The notes: generated by a model from the letters alone, not told the origin. Shown: positions 1 through 8,321, counted from the stretch's first letter. The stretch is 18,562 nucleotides of DNA from Candidatus Zixiibacteriota bacterium (GCA_041742355.1 JBGSIV010000257.1:1-18562); one strand, 5' to 3'. Program-made: numbers and translations.

Positions 1-101
1 CTGCGGCCAAACCGGCCCAGCGCCCGGCCCGTCAGCCCGCTCAGTCTCAGGCTCCCGCCAAGTCCGGCGGTTCCTGGGGACGGCGCCGCAAAAAGAGCTG
101 A
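1..101 (+). CDS. 3' end of an upstream gene (partial); Pro/Ala/Gln-rich basic C-terminal tail
   Basis: Frame from nt 3 reads AAKPAQRPARQPAQSQAPAKSGGSWGRRRKKS then TGA at 99-101, followed by a terminator hairpin. Product cannot be identified from the tail alone. Confidence 0.6.
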   Translation, partial: AAKPAQRPARQPAQSQAPAKSGGSWGRRRKKS

Positions 102-138
102 GTCCGACCGCACCCCGCGGTTTACGACAGATCTTCAC

Positions 139-171
139 GAGTCCCGGCCATTCGCCGGGACTCTGTGTTTT
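139..171 (+). terminator. Intrinsic terminator
   Basis: GAGTCCCGGC-CATTC-GCCGGGACTC perfect 10-bp stem followed by TGTGTTTT. Confidence 0.75.
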
Positions 172-283
172 CGGCGCGGAGATTGCACTCGTTTCAAGCC
201 TGAATCGGCGAGAACATTTCGTTCTATATCCACGTATGTAAAGGCGAAAACAACGATTGACACTGTCACCCGAGGTGGCCCGT

Positions 284-2755
284 ATGCAGATACGTAACTA
301 CACCGTGCTTGCCCTCATTTCCCTCACGTTGATCCCGCTCGAACTCACCTGGACCAGGATTTTCTCCGCCGAATTCTACTACACTTTCGCTTTTCTCGTC
401 CTCTCGCTGGCGATTCTTGGCCTGGGCCTCGGCGCGCTGGCTCTCCGGCTCTTTGCCCGTCTGAACAACCCGCGCCTCCTCGGTCTCTACCTGGCCCTGT
501 CCGCTCTCTGCGCCCTGGCCGGACCGGTGCTTGTCTTCCGGCTCGGGCTCGACTTTTCCGTGCTCTTTTCGAGCTGGGCGATGAAAGGCAAGTTGATCCT
601 CACCGTGGCCCTCCTCATGTCCGCTTTCTTCTTCGGCGGTATCGGCCTCGCTATAATCTTCCGCCACAACCACGCCAACATGCCTCGCCTCTATATGGCT
701 GACCTGCTTGGCGCGGGCGCGGGCGTGCTCCTGGCAATAGTCGCGATGAACTGGTTCGGTACCCCGGCTGCCACCGTGCTCATCTCCCTGCCGATTCTCC
801 TGGCTTCCCTGTTGGTTTCGCCCGGCGTTACCCGGGTCGTCCCGCTCCTTATCGCCGCAGGAGCCTTTGTGCTGTACCCGCAGGCCGACAGCCTCCTCCA
901 GAAAGAGCGCGAGGAACCGGCCCCGGTCATTTACACGCATTGGGACGCTATGTCCAAGCTGAAGGTCTACGGCTTTGGCCCTGACTACCGCGGACTCAAT
1001 ATCGACAACGTCGCCAACTCCCCGGTGTACCGCTTCGACGGCCAGTGGGAGGACTTCAAGCCGGGGGAGACCGAATGGGGAATCAACGTCTCCTATCTCA
1101 TCCGCCAGTTCGACTCGTGCGTCTTTCTCTCTCTCGGTGCGGGCGGGGGATCCGACGTCCTGCAGGCGCTGGCCGAAGGCGCCACAGAGGTTCACGCCGT
1201 CGAGATCAATCCGCACATCAATTTCATGATGCTCGAAGACGACCCCGATGGATATATTCCCCTCCCGGTTGTCGATACGCCCGCCACTCAGGCCGCCGCC
1301 GTTTCTGACAGCGTGGCTACGGACGACAGCACTACTGCGGGCGACAGCGCCACCGTCAACGACAGCGCTGGAACCGGGACGCAACTCGCCGCGGACTCGA
1401 CCCCCGCGACCATGCTCACGCCCGAGTTTTCCGGCTACCTCTACCGCGATCCGCGGGTGCACGTGGTGACCGAGGACGCCCGTGCCTATGTCCGGCGCTT
1501 CGAGAACAAATTCGACGTCATCTACTCGCTGAGCTCCAATACATGGGCGGCGCTGGCCTCGGGGGCGTTCGCCCTCGCCGAAAACTACCTCTTCACCACC
1601 GAAGCTTACAAGGATTACTGGCGCGCGCTTTCCGACAGCGGCTTTCTGATGATGGAGCACCAGGTGTACACCCCGCGGCTGGTCTCGGAAGTCACCGACG
1701 CGCTCACCGAACTCGGGGTTGCCAACCCAACCGACCACTTCGCCGTTTACAATCTGCCACAAATGCGCCGCAAGATCATCCTGTTGTCCAAGCAGCCGCT
1801 CACCGACAGCCTGCGCTACTATGCTCTCGGTTCGCTCACGCCCGAGAAGTTCGGCCTGATTCACCTGATCCATCCGCCGGTCAACGACTCGGTCGCAAGC
1901 ACCCTGATCGCCCGAATCATTACCAACGGCTGGCAGGCCGAAGCCGACACCGCGCCGGTCGATATCTCACCTGTCACCGATGACCGGCCGTTTGTCGCGC
2001 AAATGGGCCTCTGGCGCAACATCACCGCCGAGCGCATGAACCAGATCACTCCCTATGCCGAGTTTTCCGGCTTCCCGCTCTCGCTCTTGACGATTGTGAT
2101 TATCCTTGCGGTGGTGATCGTGCTAATCGTGCCGCTGAACTTGCTTCCCTACGCCACGAAAGGCCCCAAACTGCGTGCGGTGCCGTGGCTGTACTTCTTC
2201 TGCATCGGCGTCGCCTTCATGGCAGTCGAAATTGTCCTGATGCAAAAATACGCCCTGCTCATCGGCCCGTCGCTCTACAGCATCGTCACGATCCTCCTGA
2301 CGCTGCTGGTGGCCTCAGGCATCGGCAGCCGCTTTTCCGACCGGATCGGGGACCGCACCGCGTTCCTCTTCATCGTCGGCTGGCTCCTCTTGGATGCCTT
2401 TGTCTTTCGTCACCTGATCTACGCCGCGGGCGGCCTGCCGCTTTTCCCACGCATGCTCCTGACCGCGTTCTTGATTGCACCGCTCGGCTTCTTCATGGGC
2501 ATGCCGTTCCCTAAAGGCGCGCTGCGCGCGGGCGAATTGATCGACTGGGGCTTCGCCGTAAACGGCGCCGCCTCCGTGCTCGGCTCGATTCTCGTGCTGA
2601 TCGCTGCCTTTACCTGGGGATTCACCGTTGCCCTGACCCTCGCCGCCGTCGTGTACTTCATCGCCTTCCTACTGCTGACTTCACGGCGGTCATGGCAGCC
2701 GGTCGAGGTCAAAGCGCCTCTGGTTGAACCTCAAGCGGCTCCAACCGTCGAATAA
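284..2755 (+). CDS. Membrane-embedded spermidine synthase-like / class I SAM-dependent transferase (N- and C-terminal multi-TM blocks flanking a SAM-binding domain)
   Basis: About 7 hydrophobic helices at each end; LY.ADL.GAG, LGAGGGSD, AVEINP, EDAR.Y, FDVI, ENYLFT.EA, TDDRPF and GMPFP motifs. ATG 284 preferred over TTG 257 because GAGGT lies at 272-276. Confidence 0.8.
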   Translation: MQIRNYTVLALISLTLIPLELTWTRIFSAEFYYTFAFLVLSLAILGLGLGALALRLFARLNNPRLLGLYLALSALCALAGPVLVFRLGLDFSVLFSSWAMKGKLILTVALLMSAFFFGGIGLAIIFRHNHANMPRLYMADLLGAGAGVLLAIVAMNWFGTPAATVLISLPILLASLLVSPGVTRVVPLLIAAGAFVLYPQADSLLQKEREEPAPVIYTHWDAMSKLKVYGFGPDYRGLNIDNVANSPVYRFDGQWEDFKPGETEWGINVSYLIRQFDSCVFLSLGAGGGSDVLQALAEGATEVHAVEINPHINFMMLEDDPDGYIPLPVVDTPATQAAAVSDSVATDDSTTAGDSATVNDSAGTGTQLAADSTPATMLTPEFSGYLYRDPRVHVVTEDARAYVRRFENKFDVIYSLSSNTWAALASGAFALAENYLFTTEAYKDYWRALSDSGFLMMEHQVYTPRLVSEVTDALTELGVANPTDHFAVYNLPQMRRKIILLSKQPLTDSLRYYALGSLTPEKFGLIHLIHPPVNDSVASTLIARIITNGWQAEADTAPVDISPVTDDRPFVAQMGLWRNITAERMNQITPYAEFSGFPLSLLTIVIILAVVIVLIVPLNLLPYATKGPKLRAVPWLYFFCIGVAFMAVEIVLMQKYALLIGPSLYSIVTILLTLLVASGIGSRFSDRIGDRTAFLFIVGWLLLDAFVFRHLIYAAGGLPLFPRMLLTAFLIAPLGFFMGMPFPKGALRAGELIDWGFAVNGAASVLGSILVLIAAFTWGFTVALTLAAVVYFIAFLLLTSRRSWQPVEVKAPLVEPQAAPTVE
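1307..1378 (+). repeat. Degenerate 18-nt (6-aa) tandem repeat within CDS, anchored on GACAGC (Asp-Ser)
   Basis: GACAGC at 1307, 1325, 1343, 1361; peptide DSVATD-DSTTAG-DSATVN-DSAGTG. Confidence 0.8.
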
Positions 2756-2761
2756 CACAAG

Positions 2762-2794
2762 AAAGGCCCCGGAGGACTCCGGGGCCTTTGCTTT
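2762..2794 (+). terminator. Intrinsic terminator
   Basis: AAAGGCCCCGGA-GGAC-TCCGGGGCCTTT then GCTTT, just after TAA 2755. Confidence 0.85.
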
Positions 2795-2855
2795 ATGCAC
2801 TATCCCCCCGCATCTTCGCTTGACGGCGGCAGTGTGAGCGGGCGATGTTTCTGTT

Positions 2856-3533
2856 ATGACCGATTACTATGCCCAACGCCTGGCCGGCAAACGCCTGCAA
2901 CGAGTCTACGAGGTCGCCCCTCCCCGAGTGCGTCAGTACCTTGAGAGCGAGATACAGCACGTACTGACCCTGATTAGGCACGACCACACTGTGCTTGAAC
3001 TCGGCTGCGGATGTGGGCGCGTGACGTTGCGACTTGCGGAGGTGTCCCGGCGTGTGGTGGGGATTGATGTTGCCGAGGAGAGCCTATTCCTGGCCCGCGA
3101 ACTTGCCGGCTTCGACAGCCGATGCGAATTCTACTGCATGGATGCTCTGCACCTGGCCTTTCCGGACCACACCTTTGACCGCGTTGTCTGCGTACAGAAC
3201 GGCGCCTGCGCCTTCCGGGTCGACTTGCGGGCCCTGGTGGCCGAATCGCTGCGCGTACTGCGCCCCGGCGGACGGGCGCTCTTTTCAACCTACACCGACG
3301 CGTTCTGGGAACACCGTCTGGCCTGGTTCGAACGGCAAGCCGCCGAAGGTCTGCTCGGCCCGATCGACTACGAGTCCACCGGCGACGGCGTGATCGTCTG
3401 CACTGATGGTTTCCGCGCCGGGCGTCTTACCGCCGGGCAACTGAAATCTCTCTGCGTCGAAATGGGGATACAGCCTGTTCTGTGCGAGATCGACGGCTCA
3501 AGTCTTTTCTGCGAGATCCGGAAGCACCGGTAG
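2856..3533 (+). CDS. Class I SAM-dependent methyltransferase
   Basis: VLELGCGCGR motif I, VVGIDVA, MDA..L.FPD.TFD.V, RVLRPGG. Confidence 0.85.
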   Translation: MTDYYAQRLAGKRLQRVYEVAPPRVRQYLESEIQHVLTLIRHDHTVLELGCGCGRVTLRLAEVSRRVVGIDVAEESLFLARELAGFDSRCEFYCMDALHLAFPDHTFDRVVCVQNGACAFRVDLRALVAESLRVLRPGGRALFSTYTDAFWEHRLAWFERQAAEGLLGPIDYESTGDGVIVCTDGFRAGRLTAGQLKSLCVEMGIQPVLCEIDGSSLFCEIRKHR

Positions 3534-4862
3534 CTTCTGTCCAAGGAGTCGGTGCCCTTCAGAGCGCGCCACGTATGTCGCCGCGGTGATGTCCCCCGTC
3601 ACGTTGAGCGTTGTCCGGCACATGTCCAGTACCCGGTCCACGCCGAGAATTACCGCGATCAACGCCGGGTTCACCCCGATGGTCGAGAGCACGACCACGA
3701 TGAACGGAATCGACCCCGACGGCACCCCGGCTGTCCCGATCCCGCCGAGAATCGCCATGTAGGCAATGACTATCTGCTGCCCCAGGCTCAGGTCAAACCC
3801 GGAGAGCTGCGCCAGAAAAAGCACCGTTACACCCTCATAGAGGGCCGTTCCGTTCTGGTTGGCCGTCGCTCCGATAGTCAGTACGAAGTTGTTGATCTCT
3901 TTCGGTACGCCGAGGTTGCGCTCTGTTTCCGTCAGCGCGGTCGGCAGCGTCGCATTCGACGAGGATGTGGAAAACGCCGTCAGCATGACCGTTTTAATCC
4001 GGCGGAAGAACTCCAGCGGATTGATCCGCGACAGGAAGTAAACCGACAGCGAGTAGACGCCGAACATGTGCAACGACAGCCCGAGCAGGACGGTGAGAAT
4101 AAACCAGCCCAGCGCTCCGAGCAGGTCCACCCCGAACTCGGCCAAATTATTGAACACCAGGCAGGCGACCGCCACCGGCGCCACTTTCATAATGAGATCT
4201 ATCAGCTTGGCCGAGAGGGCAAAGAGCGACTCCATCAACCCGACAAACGGCGCCCCCACACTGGACGGCACTAGCGTCGCCGCGATGCCCAACACGAGCG
4301 CAAAGAACATCAGGTGGAGCATATTGGGCGTTTCGCTCGACACCGCCGCCACCGGGTTCACCGGCACGATCGTCTTGACCGCCTGCATCAGCGGGGAGTC
4401 ATCCGCCCCCTTCTTCACCGCTTCGATCTTCTTCGATGCCTCCGAACCGTAGCGTTCTTCCAGCGCGGTCGCCGTCGCCGGATTGATACGCTCTCCCGGT
4501 CGAATGGTGTTCGTCAGGGTCAGCCCGATCACGACCGAAACCGCCGAGATGATGAATGTGTACACGAATGATTTGAGCCCGACCCGGCCGAGGGTGCGCA
4601 GATCGCCGATCCCGGCTACGCCCACAATCAGCGACGAGAACACGAGCGGCGCGACGACCATGAGCAGCAAACGCAGGAACAACTGCCCGACCGGTTCGGT
4701 CAGATGGTGAATCACCCAACCGACCGTGGGGTCCGCGCCTCCGATGAGGAGATTCACCCCCAGCCCGAACACAACCCCGGCCAGCAGGCCGTACAGGATC
4801 TTCACATGGAGCGGATGCCGTCGGCGGGGCAGACGGACGGAAGTGGTCTCGGGTGTTTTCAT
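3498..4862 (-). CDS. Dicarboxylate/amino acid:cation symporter (DAACS/SDF, GltP-like)
   Basis: FLRLL.M.V.PLVFSS, AFSTSSSNATLP (HP1), GATANQNGTALY (TM7), GTAGVP, DR.LDMCRTTLNVTGD (TM8). Start placed at ATG 4862 because the longer ORF start overlaps the upstream terminator and promoter. Confidence 0.9.
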   Translation of the reverse strand: MKTPETTSVRLPRRRHPLHVKILYGLLAGVVFGLGVNLLIGGADPTVGWVIHHLTEPVGQLFLRLLLMVVAPLVFSSLIVGVAGIGDLRTLGRVGLKSFVYTFIISAVSVVIGLTLTNTIRPGERINPATATALEERYGSEASKKIEAVKKGADDSPLMQAVKTIVPVNPVAAVSSETPNMLHLMFFALVLGIAATLVPSSVGAPFVGLMESLFALSAKLIDLIMKVAPVAVACLVFNNLAEFGVDLLGALGWFILTVLLGLSLHMFGVYSLSVYFLSRINPLEFFRRIKTVMLTAFSTSSSNATLPTALTETERNLGVPKEINNFVLTIGATANQNGTALYEGVTVLFLAQLSGFDLSLGQQIVIAYMAILGGIGTAGVPSGSIPFIVVVLSTIGVNPALIAVILGVDRVLDMCRTTLNVTGDITAATYVARSEGHRLLGQKLPVLPDLAEKT

Positions 4863-4882
4863 GCCGGGTTGACTCACAGCCC

Positions 4883-4912
4883 AATATATGGATGCCCGCA
4901 GCCGTTTGGCAA
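4883..4912 (-). promoter_or_regulatory. Putative sigma70-type promoter for the symporter
   Basis: Minus strand TTGCCA-N18-TATATT, directly downstream of the pit terminator. Confidence 0.5.
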
Positions 4913-4923
4913 GGCGCGCAGGC

Positions 4924-4950
4924 AAAAGAAACCCCGCGCTGAGGCGGGGC
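4924..4950 (-). terminator. Intrinsic terminator of the DUF47-pit operon
   Basis: Minus strand CCCCGC-CTCAGC-GCGGGG-TTTCTTTT. Confidence 0.75.
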
Positions 4951-4989
4951 AGAAGTCAATCACCTGGCGAATCGACGGATGCTCGCCGG

Positions 4990-6021
4990 TTAGAAACCTT
5001 CCAGCAACGCTTTCATCAGATAGAAACTGCCGGCCGCGATCAACGCCGACGCCGGCAACGTCAGCACCCAGGCCCAAACGACCCGGCTCACCACACCCCA
5101 CTTGATACCGGTCATTTTGGTCGTGCTGCCCACACCCACAATCCCGCCGGTGATCGTATGGGTTGTCGAGACGGGAATTCCGAAGTGCGTTGCCCCGAAC
5201 AGGGTCATCGCCCCGGCCGTCTCGGCGCAGAAGCCGCCCACCGGTTTGAGCTTGGTAATCTTCATACCCATCGTCTTTACGATGCGCCAGCCCCCGAACG
5301 CCGTTCCAATCGCCATTGCGAGATGGCATGAGAGAATGATCCACATCGTGTGCCAGTCCGTCAGGGAGAGCTGCGTGCTTGTGTCCATCAGGCCGCCTGC
5401 CATCAGGAGGGCCATGATGATTCCCATCGTCTTCTGGGCGTCGTTACCGCCGTGTCCGAGGGAGTAGAGAGCAGCCGACACGAGCTGGCCCTTGCGGAAA
5501 AACTTGTCGACGGCGTTTGGCCGCCAGCGGCGGAACATCCAGATCACTCCGACCATGAGGGCAAATCCGAGCACCATGCCGATCAGCGGCGCCAGCGGAA
5601 TGAACTTCACCGTTTTCCAGATATTGTCCCAGCGAATGACATCCAGCCCCTGGTACGCCAGACCTGCGCCGGCCACGCCGCCAATCAGCGCATGCGAGGA
5701 CGAGGTTGGCAGGCCCAGCCACCACGTGATCAGATCCCACACAATCGCGCCAATCAATCCGGCCAGCACGACATACACATAGACAGTGTCCTTGCCGTCG
5801 ATACGCACGATCTTGGCAATGGTGTCGGCCACGCGCGGCGCAAACACGAACATCGCGACGAAATTAAAGAAGGCTGCCCACAGCACCGCCAGACGCGGGC
5901 TGAGTACCCGCGTCGAGACGACAGTCGCAATCGAATTGGCCGCGTCATGGAAGCCGTTGATAACGTCGAAAATCAGCGCCACCCCGACCGCGCCGAAAAT
6001 CACCCAGTGGAGCGGTTCCAT
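4990..6021 (-). CDS. pit: Inorganic phosphate transporter, PiT family
   Basis: NGFHDAANSIAT, GLPTSSSHALIGG, HGGNDAQKTMG, GIPVSTTH signatures. Confidence 0.95.
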   Translation of the reverse strand: MEPLHWVIFGAVGVALIFDVINGFHDAANSIATVVSTRVLSPRLAVLWAAFFNFVAMFVFAPRVADTIAKIVRIDGKDTVYVYVVLAGLIGAIVWDLITWWLGLPTSSSHALIGGVAGAGLAYQGLDVIRWDNIWKTVKFIPLAPLIGMVLGFALMVGVIWMFRRWRPNAVDKFFRKGQLVSAALYSLGHGGNDAQKTMGIIMALLMAGGLMDTSTQLSLTDWHTMWIILSCHLAMAIGTAFGGWRIVKTMGMKITKLKPVGGFCAETAGAMTLFGATHFGIPVSTTHTITGGIVGVGSTTKMTGIKWGVVSRVVWAWVLTLPASALIAAGSFYLMKALLEGF

Positions 6022-6023
6022 AA

Positions 6024-6653
6024 TCAGGACGCCTCAATGACAATGCCGGAAATGATATTCGCCACTTCCTGACAACGGTCGGTGGCCCGCTCAAGCCGCT
6101 CGAATACCTCTTTCCACTTAATGATGTGGATGGGATCTTTCGTGTTGGAGAAGAGGTCGGCCAGCGCCACCCGCAGGACCTCGTCCGCCTCACGCTCATG
6201 CTGGTAGACCGCCAGGCAGCACGCGTTGATCTCCTCCCCCTTCTTGCTCAAGTGCGGCAGGTATCGCACTGCCGCATCAATCTGGCGTACCTGAGCCAGC
6301 AGCACCTGTGTCAGCTGGCGTACCTCGGGATAGAAATCTTTCAACTGGTACAGCTTGATACGCCCGGACGTCGAGTCGACCGTGTCGATAATATCGTCGA
6401 TGCGCTTGATCAGTTGGTGAATGTGCGCGCGGTCAATCGGCGTGATGAAAGTGGCGTGCAGGGCATCGATGCACCTGTGCGTAACTTCATCGGCATCGTG
6501 TTCAATCTGCTCGATCCGGCACGCCCGTACGGTCATCTCCTCAGGATTGACCGCAATGGCATCAATCTCGATACAGGCGTCAATCGCAAGCTTGGTGGTT
6601 TGTTCGAAGAACTCGAAGAAACTGGTCTCTTGTGGAAGTAATCTCTTAAACAT
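6024..6653 (-). CDS. DUF47 family PhoU-like phosphate transport regulator
   Basis: IEHDAD, TFITPIDR, E.EAD, IIKWKEVFE.LE.ATDRC motifs; GGGAG RBS; 2 nt from pit start. Confidence 0.93.
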   Translation of the reverse strand: MFKRLLPQETSFFEFFEQTTKLAIDACIEIDAIAVNPEEMTVRACRIEQIEHDADEVTHRCIDALHATFITPIDRAHIHQLIKRIDDIIDTVDSTSGRIKLYQLKDFYPEVRQLTQVLLAQVRQIDAAVRYLPHLSKKGEEINACCLAVYQHEREADEVLRVALADLFSNTKDPIHIIKWKEVFERLERATDRCQEVANIISGIVIEAS

Positions 6654-6801
6654 GGCTGCTCCCTGTTGGCGTAATGCACTGTAGCAGTCTCAGGCGATTA
6701 CGTTGTATCCTTACCATTGCCGAACGGAATCTTAATACAATCGACACATTCGATCAAGCGATAAAAGGCGCCGATGTCTCTTGCCTTCTTTGATTGCGAA
6801 T

Positions 6802-6922
6802 CCAGCGAAGGCCGACGGACGGCTTCGCACCGGCTCCGAGGTAACCTCCCGAAGGCCAAGCCGTTGCGTCATGGCATCATCCCCGACAGGTGATATCGAA
6901 CGGCAACGGCGAACTTCGCTGG
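6802..6922. ncRNA. Candidate structured RNA / nested inverted-repeat element (unassigned)
   Basis: CCAGCGAAG(6802-10)/CTTCGCTGG(6914-22) enclose ACGGCTT/AAGCCGT, GACG/CGTC, GAGG-TAA-CCTC and ATCATC/GGTGAT pairings, in a non-coding gap. Confidence 0.35.
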
Positions 6923-6990
6923 CACACACGGTTGCAGTGACTGCTAGGTTCCGTCGCACCACTCAATCGGCATTCCGTGGAATTCCCCCA

Positions 6991-7022
6991 AGAGAAAACC
7001 GCCCTGCCAATCGGCAGGGCGG
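6991..7022 (-). terminator. Intrinsic terminator
   Basis: Minus strand CCGCCCTGCC-GATT-GGCAGGGCGG-TTTTCTCT, about 40 nt after stop at 7065. Confidence 0.85.
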
Positions 7023-7064
7023 CTGAGCTCATATAGTGCTGAAGTCAGGCGATCAGGTTCCCGG

Positions 7065-8126
7065 CTACCGCTTTCCCAGCCGCTTGGCCAGCCAGGTAAT
7101 CTTTTCCGGCTCTCCCCGCAACCGCCTGCTCCAGTCCGGCTCCGGATGCTGAAAGTACTTGTCGTAGCGCAATGATACGACTTCGCCGATTGAATCGAAT
7201 TCTTCGGCCGCACCGTACATCTGCTTGAAGAAGAGCGGGTAGTTGTATGCCCCCGGCAACTCGACCATGCGCTCCCGCTGGACCCCGCGGAGCACCGGCC
7301 CGACCAGAGCCGCCTGATGCAGGAAAATCCGCTTCACTTCGTCCTGGCCGCACAGCGCGACCAGCATCGGATCACCGGAGAGCGTTTCAAAGGCTTCCGC
7401 CCACCCGCGCAGAATTCCGCGCTCCGGCCGAACGACCAGCAGACCGGCGTTGAAGTAGGGACGGATCTGCTGATGATCCGCCGGCGTTTCCATGGCGAAA
7501 AACATGTTCTCATCCACCCCCAGCAACTCATACACGCGCGCCCAAAACGGATCCGGCGGTTGGCCAAAGAGGGACCCCGACCGGTTGTGCATGACCGGAC
7601 GGTACGCGAAATCGGTCCGAGCCCCCAGCAGGAATGCCCCCGGCTCCTGCAGGACGATCGTATCCTCATCCAGCCACACGAGGATCATCGCTTTGCCTGC
7701 CGTCTCCCGCTCCGCCTGCGCCGCGGCGTACACCTTTCCGCCAAACGGCCAGCCGCGGTACTCCAGCGGCATCGCCGTCGCCACCACGCACACGCCCCAG
7801 CTTTCGAGGATCGTGATCATGGAATCGACTGATGGTACAAGGTCCTCCGGCACATACACGCGGATCGGGGCGTGCGCATTCCGCCCGCCGAAAGCCCGGA
7901 TGCTCTCCGCAAGATACGAGGCATGCACCAGCTGTTCCTCCGATTCGGCGTAGGCCGCGTACACCAGCGGCTCACTCCACGAGTGACGATACTCTTTCGA
8001 TGAATCGGGGCATGGAGCCGTCATTGCCGTATCCGACGGAGATAGAGTTCCCTTCGCCAACACAACCAGCGGGGCCAACAGAAACACCGTGACAACCGCA
8101 CTGAGGACGTACACCGGTAATCGCAC
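7065..8126 (-). CDS. Glycosyltransferase family 8-like (GT-A fold) protein with N-terminal signal peptide or anchor
   Basis: WLDEDT (DxD), YFNAGLLV, HQAAL, YNYP in GT8 order. AAAGGAGG precedes GTG 8126, so the track's ATG 8141 start overlaps the RBS. Hydrophobic N-terminus. Confidence 0.65.
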   Translation of the reverse strand: MRLPVYVLSAVVTVFLLAPLVVLAKGTLSPSDTAMTAPCPDSSKEYRHSWSEPLVYAAYAESEEQLVHASYLAESIRAFGGRNAHAPIRVYVPEDLVPSVDSMITILESWGVCVVATAMPLEYRGWPFGGKVYAAAQAERETAGKAMILVWLDEDTIVLQEPGAFLLGARTDFAYRPVMHNRSGSLFGQPPDPFWARVYELLGVDENMFFAMETPADHQQIRPYFNAGLLVVRPERGILRGWAEAFETLSGDPMLVALCGQDEVKRIFLHQAALVGPVLRGVQRERMVELPGAYNYPLFFKQMYGAAEEFDSIGEVVSLRYDKYFQHPEPDWSRRLRGEPEKITWLAKRLGKR

Positions 8127-8321
8127 GATACCTCCTTTCATGTGAACCGCGCCGGCTCAAACGACAGGAGCAATGGCTAACCTATTCCAATACAGTATAT
8201 CGCCTTTTTAATAGATTGGCATGTCTTTTATTGTCGTCTTCATTCAATTGTCAAAAAGAGATTGCGCCTGTCCCGATTCTTCGCGAAATATCCACTAAAC
8301 AACCTGCACTTCGGAGTCGGT

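Noticed and set aside
266..1873. 535-aa antisense ORF, plus similar long opposite-strand ORFs (3552-4274, 5350-6072, 8904-9695, 14125-14931, 15744-16670, 17176-18153)
   Set aside because: They are shadows of well-supported genes in GC-rich DNA and carry no recognisable motifs.
6654..6800. Pho box upstream of DUF47-pit
   Set aside because: No 11-nt-spaced GTCA/GTAA direct repeats found.
6802..6922. Assignment to c-di-GMP-I, fluoride, yybP-ykoY or SRP RNA
   Set aside because: Only short fragments resemble these (GACGCAA, GATGATGCC); the core consensus blocks are absent.
6920..6936. Sigma54-like TGGCAC...TTGC
   Set aside because: GG-to-GC spacing is 11 nt rather than the required 10, and it points away from the nearest gene start.
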